A stretch of DNA of 49,997 nucleotides from Minisyncoccota bacterium (GTDB lineage Bacteria; Patescibacteriota; Minisyncoccia; Phycocordibacterales; UBA9973), in the NCBI GenBank assembly GCA_031972835.1, contig DALYDX010000002.1:1-49997 (forward strand), read 5' to 3'. The notes under the pieces were generated by a model that was not told the DNA's origin, made no database searches, and worked only from the letters and a program-made list of their open reading frames with translations. How positions within the stretch are numbered: position 1 is the stretch's first letter; each line of letters opens with the position of its first letter. Below, in pieces: positions 16,165 through 26,124 of the stretch. A program made the translations under genes and the position numbers.

Positions 16165-16842
16165 ATGATCGTCTCGATTGTTATCCCTGTCTATAATGAA
16201 AAGAACACCATTTACAAGCTCCTAGAGCGTGTAAAAAATGCCGACACCGGCAACTTCACCAAAGAAATTGTAATTGTAGATGATGCATCTACCGACGGAA
16301 CAAAAGCTATACTGGAGAATCTAAATGATCCTAGTATCAAAGTCGTCTATCATGAAAAAAATCAAGGTAAAGGTACGGCGCTTCGTACTGGGTTTACTGA
16401 AATATCTGGGAATGCAGTAATCATCCAAGATGCAGACCTAGAATATGATCCGGGTGAGTACATAAAACTTCTCGCACCAATAGAAAGAAAGATATCAAAT
16501 GTAGTTTACGGTTCTCGATATATTTCCACGGACATGCGAAAAAGTATTCCATTTGGAACTTGGTTTCTGACATCTGTGACAAACTTGTTGTACGGGAGTT
16601 CACTTACAGACGAACCGACTTGCTACAAAGCTTTTAGAAGGGAAGTCTTATATGGACTAGATTTGAAATGTAAGAGATTTGAATTCTGTCCGGAATTTAC
16701 TGCAAAGGTTTTGAAATTGGGAATGAATATTTACGAGGTTCCCATAAGATACCACAGACGCACAAAAGCTGAGGGCAAGAAACTCAAATGGTTTAGAGAT
16801 GGGTTTGAGGCGTTGTGGACTCTAGTTCGCTATCGTTTCTAA
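16165..16842 (+). CDS. family 2 glycosyltransferase (polyprenol-phosphate sugar synthase-like)
   Basis: Contains IVSIVIPVYNE, VDDASTDGT and IIQDADLEYDP (DxD). The track starts at TTG 16159. Confidence 0.85.
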   Translation: MIVSIVIPVYNEKNTIYKLLERVKNADTGNFTKEIVIVDDASTDGTKAILENLNDPSIKVVYHEKNQGKGTALRTGFTEISGNAVIIQDADLEYDPGEYIKLLAPIERKISNVVYGSRYISTDMRKSIPFGTWFLTSVTNLLYGSSLTDEPTCYKAFRREVLYGLDLKCKRFEFCPEFTAKVLKLGMNIYEVPIRYHRRTKAEGKKLKWFRDGFEALWTLVRYRF

Positions 16843-18492
16843 CTTATACAGTTTCATATTTGGAAATTCACTGTCTGTGAATATGAGTTTGAAGCGTGGG
16901 TCTTGCTCTATAACTGTTTTTAAATTGGTTCCATTTGAATTTCTAAAATACTTTTCATTCATAATCATAAAGTTTGCTCCAAGTGTACGTGTGATGAAAG
17001 TGTAGGTGTCCATATCGGGTTCGATACAGTTTTTTTCTCCGCAGATATTTTCGGCGCGTGTAGCGTGGTACATCCGCCAGTAAATCTCCTTGTCATGTGC
17101 ATATGTGAACATTGGGTCCATCCCGCTCGTATATCTGTATTCTGGTGCATAAAAATACAGCTCAGGGAACATTCCAAAACGTGGGATAAACACAGTGCTA
17201 CCGATCGGTGCGTACTCTCGAAGTTTCTCGGTTGTAGCAAGTTGTATCGTATACTGTGGGGCTTTTTTTAATATATGAAGTAAGTTTACTGTCCGTGATA
17301 TAAAAAGTACTACGACGAAGAATATTATGAAGGTTATAAATATTTTTTTGTTTTTATGAAAAACACTTCGGACTTCAGATATTGTTCCATGAACAAAACT
17401 ATTTTCTCGCAATGAGCTATATAGATCTCGAAAAATATTATGTAATATTTTTATACTCGCCAGTAGTGTGAGTATAACCAAGGGTAGTGTGTACTCTACG
17501 GTTCTCTCTACCAAAAAGTAACCTACTACAAACGCAGTCGCTAGTACCCATAGAAACCAGATTTTGAAAGGAATATTTTTTAGATTTGATTTACGGATTG
17601 TGTATATCAGAAATACAATAAAACAAAATATAAATGGTACAAGCCACAAAAGCTCGCCTGAGACACTGCCCCAGCCATATCCAAGCTCAGAAGGCGTGCC
17701 ACTAGTCAGACCAAATATACTTGCTGATAGAGACTTGAAATGTACAAGATAGCCATTGTGAATATAGGCTAAGGTATCCGGACGAGCTAGAACTCCAAGT
17801 ATTAATCCCAGAAGTGTACTAAAAAATATTTTAATAGAAAAAAGTCTATTCTCACGATATATAAAAGCAGAAAAAATATAGATAAGCGGAGGAAGTAGAA
17901 TCAAAAAAGAAACTGAATAGAAGAAAGGGAACAGAAAGGCGATCAATAGAGCTAGAAGCATATTTCGCTCAACCAATGCAAAAACAATACCGAGCATAAA
18001 AATTATTGAAAATACATGGGGTCGTTCGAGGAATATTCTGAATGCAAAAATATTTGATAATAAAAATAGACTCGCACTGCCAAAGGCTGCGTATTGTAAA
18101 TATTTTTTGATATCTTGCCCTTTCAATATTCGTACAGAAAATAAAAAGAATATAGTTGTGAGAAGACCCACTACTGTAGAGTGATATATTTTTGATCCTA
18201 TTATGAGTGCGTTGAAATTGGTTCCGTCGAACTTGGAAACGAACGGGCCCATTGTCTTGTGGTATAGAGTGTACAAATCTACTGGTTTGTCAGTCTGTAG
18301 GGAAAATGCTGGAGGATAGGCAATTTCACCAGACCAGACACTGTATGATTTGCGTGCATGGTAATACGGGTCGTCTCCAGATGAAAAAGAAGCCGTTGTA
18401 AGTCGCAGAGTAAGCGTAAAAGAAAATACGAAAAGAAAAACAAATATAGATATAAGCCAGAGAGGATAGGTTTTTGAAATATTTAATTTCAT
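16822..18492 (-). CDS. GT-C fold polytopic membrane glycosyltransferase (ArnT/PMT/STT3-like)
   Basis: More than 12 predicted TM helices. The first-loop acidic motif is SSGDDPYYHARKS, and the C-terminal domain is soluble. The start is at MKLNISK (18492); the track extension to 18522 overlaps tRNA-Leu. The 3' end overlaps GT2 by 21 nt. Confidence 0.65.
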   Translation of the reverse strand: MKLNISKTYPLWLISIFVFLFVFSFTLTLRLTTASFSSGDDPYYHARKSYSVWSGEIAYPPAFSLQTDKPVDLYTLYHKTMGPFVSKFDGTNFNALIIGSKIYHSTVVGLLTTIFFLFSVRILKGQDIKKYLQYAAFGSASLFLLSNIFAFRIFLERPHVFSIIFMLGIVFALVERNMLLALLIAFLFPFFYSVSFLILLPPLIYIFSAFIYRENRLFSIKIFFSTLLGLILGVLARPDTLAYIHNGYLVHFKSLSASIFGLTSGTPSELGYGWGSVSGELLWLVPFIFCFIVFLIYTIRKSNLKNIPFKIWFLWVLATAFVVGYFLVERTVEYTLPLVILTLLASIKILHNIFRDLYSSLRENSFVHGTISEVRSVFHKNKKIFITFIIFFVVVLFISRTVNLLHILKKAPQYTIQLATTEKLREYAPIGSTVFIPRFGMFPELYFYAPEYRYTSGMDPMFTYAHDKEIYWRMYHATRAENICGEKNCIEPDMDTYTFITRTLGANFMIMNEKYFRNSNGTNLKTVIEQDPRFKLIFTDSEFPNMKLYKLETIAN

Positions 18493-18494
18493 TC

Positions 18495-18579
18495 TGGTGC
18501 CCGAGGTGGGGGTCGAACCCACATCCCGTAACAGGACACGATTTTAAGTCGTGCGTGTATACCATTCCACCACTCGGGC
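18495..18579 (-). tRNA. tRNA-Leu (anticodon TAA), CCA encoded
   Basis: Cloverleaf folded by hand: acceptor GCCCGAG/CTCGGGC, anticodon loop CTTAAAA, long variable arm, T-arm GTGGG-TTCGACC-CCCAC. Confidence 0.92.
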
Positions 18580-18733
18580 AAACAAACTCTTGGCTTTTTT
18601 GGTCACAGATAATTTGTTCGCCGTCGCTCGCAAATTTCCGCGACCCCGCCTCACAGTTTTGCGTGTTAGCAAAAATCGTTCCGGCTCACAATTGTGTATG
18701 AAAATATATAGCAGTATATATTTTCATCACATT

Positions 18734-18807
18734 GTGCCTCGTGAGGGGATCGAACCCCCGACCGTCTCCTTAAGAGGGAGCTGCTCTACCAGCTGAGCTA
18801 ACGAGGC
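18734..18807 (-). tRNA. tRNA-Lys (anticodon CTT)
   Basis: Acceptor GCCTCGT/ACGAGGC, D-loop AGCTGGTA, anticodon loop CTCTTAA, T-arm GGGGG-TTCGATC-CCCTC. Confidence 0.9.
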
Positions 18808-18837
18808 ATGGTATCTATAAAATAATTCTGCACAAAG

Positions 18838-18919
18838 TGCTGGAGAGGAGACTTGAACTCCTAACCCTTGCGGGACTAGTTCCTAAGACTAGCGCGTATA
18901 CCAATTCCGCCACTCCAGC
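18838..18919 (-). tRNA. tRNA-Leu (anticodon TAG)
   Basis: Acceptor GCTGGAG/CTCCAGC, anticodon loop CTTAGGA, long variable arm, T-loop TTCAAGT. Confidence 0.9.
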
Positions 18920-18956
18920 ACTCTATGCAGACCTAAGGTTGTTTGTGCACCTGTGC

Positions 18957-18985
18957 ATTGTAGGATAAATCAGGTTTTTTATCAA
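18957..18985 (-). promoter_or_regulatory. promoter TTGATA-17-TACAAT for the minus-strand tRNA cluster
   Basis: Hexamers and spacing were read on the minus strand, about 30 nt upstream of tRNA-Leu(TAG). Confidence 0.6.
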
Positions 18986-18995
18986 ATTTTTTATG

Positions 18996-19024
18996 TTGAA
19001 GCAAAGCCCTAATTTTGCTATAGT
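18996..19024 (+). promoter_or_regulatory. promoter TTGAAG-17-(TGC)TATAGT for tRNA-Cys
   Basis: Lies about 33 nt upstream of tRNA-Cys. Confidence 0.6.
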
Positions 19025-19056
19025 GTATCGACTTAAGATATTCTTTAAGTGAACAA

Positions 19057-19128
19057 GGCCTGGTGGCGAAGTGGTAACGCTGGAGTCTGCAAAACTCCCA
19101 TGCGCGGGTTCAATTCCCGCCCAGGCCT
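19057..19128 (+). tRNA. tRNA-Cys (anticodon GCA)
   Basis: Acceptor GGCCTGG/CCAGGCC, discriminator T, anticodon loop CTGCAAA, T-arm GCGGG-TTCAATT-CCCGC. Confidence 0.92.
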
Positions 19129-19133
19129 CAAAT

Positions 19134-19463
19134 TTATTCCTTTCCTAAAAGTAGCTCGTCGATTTTTTGACGATTCTTTTCTCCTTTGTCTATCATTACA
19201 TCCAAGTAGGGGATGCGACGAACTCTAATATTTTTCATTAAGTATTCACGCATTTCTCCTAGATTTCTTTTTACAAACCATAGTGACGAGTCTTCTTTTT
19301 CTGCAGGCAGCACACTTATGTACAAGATAGCGTTTGCCTCGTCGTCTGATAGATGTGCCCCTGTGATAGATATGAGTGCATCGCGGTTGCTCTCACGCTC
19401 AAGAAATAGCGCGCCATAGCGTTTGATTTCTTCTAGTAGTCTATCGTGGTGAGATGTATTCAT
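19134..19463 (-). CDS. rbfA: ribosome-binding factor A
   Basis: 109 aa and directly downstream of infB, the conserved infB-rbfA order. Profile is RbfA-like (...ISITGAHLSDDEANAILYISV...). Confidence 0.8.
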   Translation of the reverse strand: MNTSHHDRLLEEIKRYGALFLERESNRDALISITGAHLSDDEANAILYISVLPAEKEDSSLWFVKRNLGEMREYLMKNIRVRRIPYLDVMIDKGEKNRQKIDELLLGKE

Positions 19464-19467
19464 ATGT

Positions 19468-20976
19468 TTATTTGTAAGTGGTTATAAAAGATTCCAAGAC
19501 ATCACCTGCTGCGATCTCACTTTTAGATTCGATTAGTATTCCACATTCTGATTCTGCCAAGACCTCCCGAGCTTTTACTTTCCCGTGTTCTATACCGATT
19601 ATTTTCCCTCGTCCTATTTCAAAGTCTCGTCTAAGTATGCGCACTGTTCCATCAGAGACTATTTTGCCTTCAGTTACTTTTCCACCAACCACCTGACGTT
19701 CCTTTGTGGCACTGAAAAATTTTATAATTTTTACACGTCCTGTAACTTCTTCGATATTTTTTCTAGGCTTACGTTCCTCCATGAGTTCTTTTACAAAGTC
19801 ACTCATTTTGTATATAACATCAAATATTTGTATTGTGACTCCCGCACGTTCGTTTGCGTCGCGCGCTCGAGTATCTAGCTTAGTATTGAATCCTAGTATT
19901 ACGGCTTCTTTGTCAGATTGAGCAAGCTTGATATCGTTTTCATTTATAAGTCCCACATCGTTTGCCAAAATTTTGAATTTTACGCAGTCATTCTCAAGTT
20001 TCTTGATTTCTTTCAATACTGCTTCACCTACACCAGCTACATCTGCTTTTATAATTACCGGGATAACTTTTAGATCTTCTGTAGAACATAGAGATTCATT
20101 TTTGGTTACTTTGCTTTGGCTGTGTTCTTTGTTTTCTAGTATTGTCTTTTCCGCATCTTTTTTTGAAGAGAAAGAAACAAATGTACCACCTGAGGTTGGA
20201 AGTTTTGTAAATCCAGTAATACGTACAGGAGTAGAAATACCCGCTTCTTTTATAGTCTTACCTCTAAAATCTTCAAATATTCGGACAGGTGCAGATGAGT
20301 CATCTATAACAACAGTGTCACCTGAGCGAAGAGTTCCATTCTTTACGATTAAAGTAGCAGATATGCCACGCTTTTGATCGAGGTGTGATTCTATGACTAC
20401 GCCACTTGCAGGGAGGCTTATGTCACCAGTAAGTTCTTTCATTTCTGCTACTAGTAGTATTACATCTAAAAGTTCTCCTATACCAGCACCTGACTTTGCA
20501 GAGACGAGAGCAAAGGGAATATCTCCACCGTATCCTTCTAGATAGATTCCTTTTTCTGCTAGATCAAGTTTTACTTTTTCTGGGTTGGCGTTTGGCTTGT
20601 CGATTTTGTTGATAGCGACTACAAAAGGTACGTTACCTTCGACGATTGTATTCCAAGCTTCGATAGTCTGAGCTTTTACACTGTCTTCAGCTGATACTAC
20701 GAGTATTGCGATATCTGCTGCCACTGCACCACGCTCACGCATGTGTGAAAAAGCTTCGTGTCCTGGAGTGTCGAGGAATGTAATTTTCTTGTCCTCGCCA
20801 GTGTCACTTTTGTGATCAACTACATATGCTGAAATATGCTGAGTGATTCCACCAGCTTCTCCGTCCACGATATTGGTCTTTCGAATATAGTCTAGGAGAG
20901 TAGACTTACCGTGGTCGATATGTCCCATTACGACAACAACAGGTGGTCGTGGGATTATGTTAGTTTTTTCTTTCAT
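19468..20976 (-). CDS. infB: translation initiation factor IF-2 (short N-terminus)
   Basis: GTPase motifs GHIDHGKST, DTPGH and NKID, followed by IF-2 domains II to IV. Confidence 0.95.
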   Translation of the reverse strand: MKEKTNIIPRPPVVVVMGHIDHGKSTLLDYIRKTNIVDGEAGGITQHISAYVVDHKSDTGEDKKITFLDTPGHEAFSHMRERGAVAADIAILVVSAEDSVKAQTIEAWNTIVEGNVPFVVAINKIDKPNANPEKVKLDLAEKGIYLEGYGGDIPFALVSAKSGAGIGELLDVILLVAEMKELTGDISLPASGVVIESHLDQKRGISATLIVKNGTLRSGDTVVIDDSSAPVRIFEDFRGKTIKEAGISTPVRITGFTKLPTSGGTFVSFSSKKDAEKTILENKEHSQSKVTKNESLCSTEDLKVIPVIIKADVAGVGEAVLKEIKKLENDCVKFKILANDVGLINENDIKLAQSDKEAVILGFNTKLDTRARDANERAGVTIQIFDVIYKMSDFVKELMEERKPRKNIEEVTGRVKIIKFFSATKERQVVGGKVTEGKIVSDGTVRILRRDFEIGRGKIIGIEHGKVKAREVLAESECGILIESKSEIAAGDVLESFITTYK

Positions 20977-20982
20977 ATTTTT

Positions 20983-21441
20983 TTATCTGATTTTTTTTCG
21001 CGCATTTTCAAGCACTGTTGCTTCTTCTTCTGTAATGTCTTGGTTTGCAACACCTGCCTTTATATCTTTTGCGAACACACTCATACGATCACGAGCGTAT
21101 AGACTTGAGAATATAACTCCATCGTTTTCTTCATTTAAAAATGCAACAGCAAAACTTTGATTGCTACCTGCATCTTTGAACGGATTGAAACGGATCAAGT
21201 CTGTGCCTCGGATTGATTGCTTCAATTTATCCTCGTGAACTTTAGTTGTGTCCTCTATCTTTTTTAGACTTACTTCGAGTTCGCGCACTTCTTTGATTAG
21301 GTCGTTCATAAACACCTCTAGGTTGACAGCATTCTTTCCACGCCAGAATTTTCTTAGACGCTTTTCTGTACGAATATTCCATACAAGGAGTATAATTACA
21401 AGTAGTGCGAGCAAGATTATTATGATAGTGTTTATGTCCAT
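20983..21441 (-). CDS. DUF4446-like membrane-anchored protein
   Basis: N-terminal TM helix, a coiled segment, then IRFNPFKDAGSNQSFAVAFLNEENDGVIFSSLYARD. I recognise this from memory as the DUF4446 core; no HMM search was run. Confidence 0.5.
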   Translation of the reverse strand: MDINTIIIILLALLVIILLVWNIRTEKRLRKFWRGKNAVNLEVFMNDLIKEVRELEVSLKKIEDTTKVHEDKLKQSIRGTDLIRFNPFKDAGSNQSFAVAFLNEENDGVIFSSLYARDRMSVFAKDIKAGVANQDITEEEATVLENARKKIR

Positions 21442-21469
21442 AGAGATTAGGATTATATACTAAAAAACC

Positions 21470-22708
21470 ATGTTTAGCAAAGGCATTTTTAATTTTTCAA
21501 ACAAAAAAAATACACGTAAAAATCGTGTGTATCTTGACTATGCATCCAGAGCTCCAGTGGACAGAGATGTATTAGAAGAGATGACTCGAGCATATAGGAC
21601 ACTTTCAGGCAATCCGAATGCATTGTATGAGGAAGGGGTAGTGGCTCGTGATGCAATCGATCGATCTCGAGATGCTATCGCTTCTGTTTTAAATGCGCAC
21701 AAGAATGAAATAATTTTTACAAGCGGAGGAACCGAGAGTGATAACTTGGCAATACTTGGAACACTCAAAAAATTCAAAGAAAATAATCCTGGCTTGCGAG
21801 CGCACGTACTTGTGAGTGCGGTTGAGCATTCCGCGATTTTTAATCTACTAGAAGATTGCGAAAAAGAATATGTAGACATAGAAATCATACCTGTAGATAA
21901 AAATGGGATAGTAGACTTACAGGTTTTTTCCAAGATGCTTCGTACGGATACAGTGATCGTATCTGTAATGTTAGCAAACAATGAAATCGGAGTCATAGAA
22001 CCTGTATCAGAAATTGCAAAGATTATTCGTAAATTTAAAAAAGATTTTAAATCTGAATCTGATGATACATATCCGCTACTACACACAGATGCAGTGCAAG
22101 CCTTGAATTATTGTCCGCTTAATGCGGCCAAACTCGGAGTAGACTTGATGTCTATCGCTAGTGGAAAGATATATGGTCCATATGGCATAGGGGTATTGTA
22201 TGTTAGACGAGGCACTCCGATTGGGAATATGCTTGTAGGAGGAGATCAGGAATACGGCTTGCGTCCAGGTACAGAAAACACTCCGAGCATAGTGGGGTTT
22301 GCAAGCGCTGTCACGAAAGCAGATTCTATGCGTCAATATGAAGTAGAGAGAGTGTTGAAATTACAAAAATATTTATTTGATGAATTACCAAGATACTGGC
22401 CAGAGAGTGTAATCAATGGATCTATTACAGAAAGACTTCCAAACAACATACATTTTAGTGTTCCGAATTTTTCAAGTGAGCTTTTAGTGATAGAGCTTGA
22501 TGCACTGGGTATCTCTGTGTCTTCAAAAAGTGCCTGTAAAAGTACAGATGCCGAAGTTTCGCATGTACTTCGCGCACTTGGATCAAGAGAAAATACTACT
22601 GGAGATATCCGTGTTACATTGGGACGTTACACTACAAAAAAAGATCTATCTAGATTTTTAGATGGACTTAAAAAGATTAGAATAAAATACAATCTGGGCA
22701 AAAAATAA
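21470..22708 (+). CDS. cysteine desulfurase (NifS/IscS-type class V aminotransferase)
   Basis: Contains TSGGTESDN, HTDAVQA, the PLP-Lys segment DLMSIASGKIYGPYGIG, and the catalytic Cys loop SSKSACKS. Confidence 0.85.
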   Translation: MFSKGIFNFSNKKNTRKNRVYLDYASRAPVDRDVLEEMTRAYRTLSGNPNALYEEGVVARDAIDRSRDAIASVLNAHKNEIIFTSGGTESDNLAILGTLKKFKENNPGLRAHVLVSAVEHSAIFNLLEDCEKEYVDIEIIPVDKNGIVDLQVFSKMLRTDTVIVSVMLANNEIGVIEPVSEIAKIIRKFKKDFKSESDDTYPLLHTDAVQALNYCPLNAAKLGVDLMSIASGKIYGPYGIGVLYVRRGTPIGNMLVGGDQEYGLRPGTENTPSIVGFASAVTKADSMRQYEVERVLKLQKYLFDELPRYWPESVINGSITERLPNNIHFSVPNFSSELLVIELDALGISVSSKSACKSTDAEVSHVLRALGSRENTTGDIRVTLGRYTTKKDLSRFLDGLKKIRIKYNLGKK

Positions 22709-22786
22709 GTTATTTTAAAAGATTTAGAATTGTGCTAAAGTACAGAAGTAAGTCGTTATATTATTAACACTATTTAAACTAATACC

Positions 22787-25471
22787 ATGCCTCCATTTGG
22801 AAATTTCACAACTAAAGCAAAGGAAGCATTGAAGCGAGCCCACGAGCTCGCTATTGAACGTGGACAGAATCATGTGAATACTATGCATCTACTCGGAGCG
22901 CTAGTTTTACAAGAAGAATCCATGGTCATATCAATACTAGATCGACTAGAAGTTGATACTGTACTTTTAACTGATTCAATACTTGAATCAATCGAAGCTC
23001 CTGAAACAAAGAGCACGATGTCTCCGTCGTATCAGATATATCTGACTCCTGATCTTGCACAAGTAATCGAAAGTTCAGGCAAGATAGCTCAATATTTGAA
23101 AGATGATTTTATTTCCACAGAGCACTTACTCGTATCTATACTTGAGGTTCCATCTGAGGCTCGTGAGCTTATATCAAAATTTAGAATTACAAAAGATCAG
23201 ATATTGAAAGTGCTCGAAGAATTTCGTTCAAATAACATAAAAGATGTTGAGATGCCGAAAAAATTCCGAGTGCTCACAAAATACACTCGCAATCTTACAA
23301 AACTTGCTCGTGAAGACAAGCTCGATCCTGTGATAGGTCGTGATACAGAAATCATGCGTATCATGCAGATACTTTCTCGTCGTACAAAAAACAATCCGAT
23401 ACTTATCGGAGAACCTGGCACTGGTAAAACTGCAGTCGTAGAAGGATTGGCGCAACGCATAGCAAAGAGTGATGTAACTGAATCTCTAAAAGACAAAGAG
23501 CTTGTACTGCTCGATTTAGGCTCACTTGTTGCTGGTACAAAATACCGAGGTGAATTTGAAGAACGCTTGAAAGCGATAATGAAAGAAATCGAACGTGCAG
23601 ACGGAAAGATAATTCTATTTATCGATGAGATACATACGATAGTAGGAGCTGGAGCAAGTGAAGGTGCGATGGACGCAGCGAACCTACTCAAGCCAGCACT
23701 TGCGCGTGGGGAACTACGAGCAATCGGTGCAACAACTCTAAAGGAATACCAAAAACATATTGAAAAGGATCCTGCGCTCGCACGAAGATTTCAACCTGTG
23801 TATGTAGATGAACCGACTCCAGAAGATGCTATAGCAATACTTCGAGGACTCAAGGAAAAATACGAGGTGTATCATGGTGTGCGCATAACTGACGACGCGA
23901 TTATCGCAGCGGTAAATTTGTCGACTCGCTATATCACAAATCGTTTTCTACCAGACAAAGCTATAGACTTGATAGACGAAGCTTCCTCAGCTTTGCGTAT
24001 AGCGCTAGAAAATAAACCTCCAGTACTCGAAGATGCACATAGAAAAATCATGCGATTTGAAATAGAAAAAGAAGCTCTAAAAAAAGAGGTTAGTATCCAC
24101 GCAAGTAAAGAGACAAAAGATAGAATAAAAGCCATCGACAAAGAGATTGCAAACTTAAAAGAAAAAACTCGCGAGCTCGAACTCAAGTGGCAAAATGAAA
24201 AAGAAATCGTAAGTGAAATACGTTCTATCAAAAAAGAACTCGAGTCACTTCGCAGTGAAGCTGACGGTGCAGAGCAGAGAGCGGACTTGGGGCGGGCAGC
24301 GGAGATTCGATATGGGAAAATTCCAGAGCTCAACAAAGAACTTGATACAAAATTAACACGTCTAAAAAAATTACAGAAATCTCGTCGCATCTTAAAAGAA
24401 GAAATTATTGCAGAAGATATTGCAGAAGTAGTATCACGTTGGACAGGTATACCACTTGTAAAAATGATGGAAGAGGAGCGTGCAAAGCTTGCTCGTATGG
24501 AAGAGGAGCTCACAAAGCGTGTAGTTGGTCAGAATGATGCGATAAAGAGAATTTCAGATGTTATACGCCGTTCACGTACTGGTATTGCAGATCCGAATCG
24601 ACCTATAGGCTCATTTATATTCCTCGGTCCTACTGGAGTTGGTAAAACTGAGCTTACAAAGGCCCTAGCACAGTTTATGTTCAATGATGACAGAGCTCTC
24701 ATTCGAGTGGATATGAGTGAATATATGGAACGTCACAGTGTGTCTAAGCTCCTAGGTTCACCGCCAGGTTATGTTGGTTACGATGAGTCAGGGCAGCTTA
24801 CAGAAGCTGTTCGTCACCGACCGTATTCAGTAGTACTTTTCGATGAGATTGAAAAAGCTCACCCAGAAGTATTCAATGTACTCTTGTCAGTGCTCGACGA
24901 AGGACGTCTGACTGATGCAAAAGGTAGAGTGATAAACTTTAAAAACACTGTAATCATACTGACTTCAAATATCGGCTCAAGCTTTATAGATAAGATGGAA
25001 TCTATGGGATTCTCGATGAATGACAAGAAGAGTGAATATGCTATCACCAAAGAAAAAGTTCTCGAATCAATGAAAGACTTTTTCCGTCCAGAATTCTTGA
25101 ACCGTCTAGATGAGATAATCGTCTTCGATGTACTGACTCCAAAAGTAATCAGAGAGATTGTGGAGATACGTGTCGGAGTCGTGAAAGATAGATTGAAAGA
25201 AAAAGAAATTACTCTGGAGCTCACAGATGAAGCACTGGATCTACTGGGCAAGGAAGGTTACGACCCACACTTTGGTGCGCGACCACTCAATCGTTTGATT
25301 CAGACTAAAATCCTAAATCCGATCGCGATGTACTTGATACAGAATTCTGTAGGAAAAGGGGATACTGTAGTTGTAACTGTAGCGAATAATGAACTTGTGA
25401 TTGAAACCAAGAAGCCGAGAGGAAAAGTGAAAAGTAATATAAAAACTAGAACTACAAGATCGGCGAAATAA
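22787..25471 (+). CDS. clpB: ATP-dependent chaperone ClpB
   Basis: Clp N-domain repeats, two Walker A sites ([16 protein letters not shown]), and a long coiled-coil M-domain between the AAA modules. Confidence 0.95.
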   Translation: MPPFGNFTTKAKEALKRAHELAIERGQNHVNTMHLLGALVLQEESMVISILDRLEVDTVLLTDSILESIEAPETKSTMSPSYQIYLTPDLAQVIESSGKIAQYLKDDFISTEHLLVSILEVPSEARELISKFRITKDQILKVLEEFRSNNIKDVEMPKKFRVLTKYTRNLTKLAREDKLDPVIGRDTEIMRIMQILSRRTKNNPILIGEPGTGKTAVVEGLAQRIAKSDVTESLKDKELVLLDLGSLVAGTKYRGEFEERLKAIMKEIERADGKIILFIDEIHTIVGAGASEGAMDAANLLKPALARGELRAIGATTLKEYQKHIEKDPALARRFQPVYVDEPTPEDAIAILRGLKEKYEVYHGVRITDDAIIAAVNLSTRYITNRFLPDKAIDLIDEASSALRIALENKPPVLEDAHRKIMRFEIEKEALKKEVSIHASKETKDRIKAIDKEIANLKEKTRELELKWQNEKEIVSEIRSIKKELESLRSEADGAEQRADLGRAAEIRYGKIPELNKELDTKLTRLKKLQKSRRILKEEIIAEDIAEVVSRWTGIPLVKMMEEERAKLARMEEELTKRVVGQNDAIKRISDVIRRSRTGIADPNRPIGSFIFLGPTGVGKTELTKALAQFMFNDDRALIRVDMSEYMERHSVSKLLGSPPGYVGYDESGQLTEAVRHRPYSVVLFDEIEKAHPEVFNVLLSVLDEGRLTDAKGRVINFKNTVIILTSNIGSSFIDKMESMGFSMNDKKSEYAITKEKVLESMKDFFRPEFLNRLDEIIVFDVLTPKVIREIVEIRVGVVKDRLKEKEITLELTDEALDLLGKEGYDPHFGARPLNRLIQTKILNPIAMYLIQNSVGKGDTVVVTVANNELVIETKKPRGKVKSNIKTRTTRSAK

Positions 25472-25500
25472 AAAAATAACCTCCAGAGGAGGTTATTTTT
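25472..25500 (+). terminator. intrinsic terminator after clpB
   Basis: AATAACCTCC-aga-GGAGGTTATT followed by a T-run. Confidence 0.8.
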
Positions 25501-25559
25501 TTATTTTTGTACTTAAATACATATTGAGATTTGTATGATATACTCCAGAAAATAATTCT

Positions 25560-26003
25560 ATGAAAAAAACAATACCAGTATTGATTTCCGATATTATAAA
25601 CGGACTTCCGGAGGGAATGGAAAATTTGGGAACTTCAATCGAAGATTCTTATATCCATATTTCATCACTTTCAGATAATTGGGATGATGAAGGAGCTGTC
25701 GCACCAGATGCAGAAACGTTGATTGCTACTTTCACCTTTCTTTCAAAAGTTGCTCTGTTCGTACATAGAAAAACAAAGAAAGTTATTTCTTTTCCAGACG
25801 TACATCCTTTTTCAGATGGAAGTATAGACCTTTATTGGAAGACAATGGATCTGGATTTATTAATAAATATTGAAAATGATTCTCCGTACGCGTTTACATA
25901 TTGTGGACAGTCCAAGTCGGCAGGTAAGGTGGTAGTAGATGTACAAGGCGGTGGGTCGATTGATAATTTAGAAAGAGAAGACTTTATGAATATTTTCATG
26001 TAA
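25560..26003 (+). CDS. hypothetical protein (147 aa)
   Basis: An ORF with its own terminator. I recognise no motif. Confidence 0.5.
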   Translation: MKKTIPVLISDIINGLPEGMENLGTSIEDSYIHISSLSDNWDDEGAVAPDAETLIATFTFLSKVALFVHRKTKKVISFPDVHPFSDGSIDLYWKTMDLDLLINIENDSPYAFTYCGQSKSAGKVVVDVQGGGSIDNLEREDFMNIFM

Positions 26004-26017
26004 ATTCTTTTAATTAT

Positions 26018-26044
26018 AAAATCCCTGAGATAAGGGATTTTTTT
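26018..26044 (+). terminator. intrinsic terminator
   Basis: AAAATCCCT-gagataa-GGGATTTT followed by a T-run. Confidence 0.7.
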
Positions 26045-26124
26045 ATTTAAGCACTCGTTCCACTCGTCTTGTTTACCGCTTTCGTTTTTCAAATCCTGCA
26101 CGCGAGATAAACTGATGCCTCGTT

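Noticed and set aside
18474-18796. ORFs 18474-18701, 18551-18796 and 18326-18565 in the tRNA cluster, and ORFs 34606-34812 and 34706-34957 at tRNA-Leu(CAA).
   Set aside because: They overlap hand-folded tRNA genes and repeat elements. They are most likely non-coding.
22709-22786. CIRCE or CtsR heat-shock operator upstream of clpB.
   Set aside because: Only a fragment (TTGTGCTAA) resembles a CIRCE half-site. There is no inverted partner and no GGTCAAA direct repeat.
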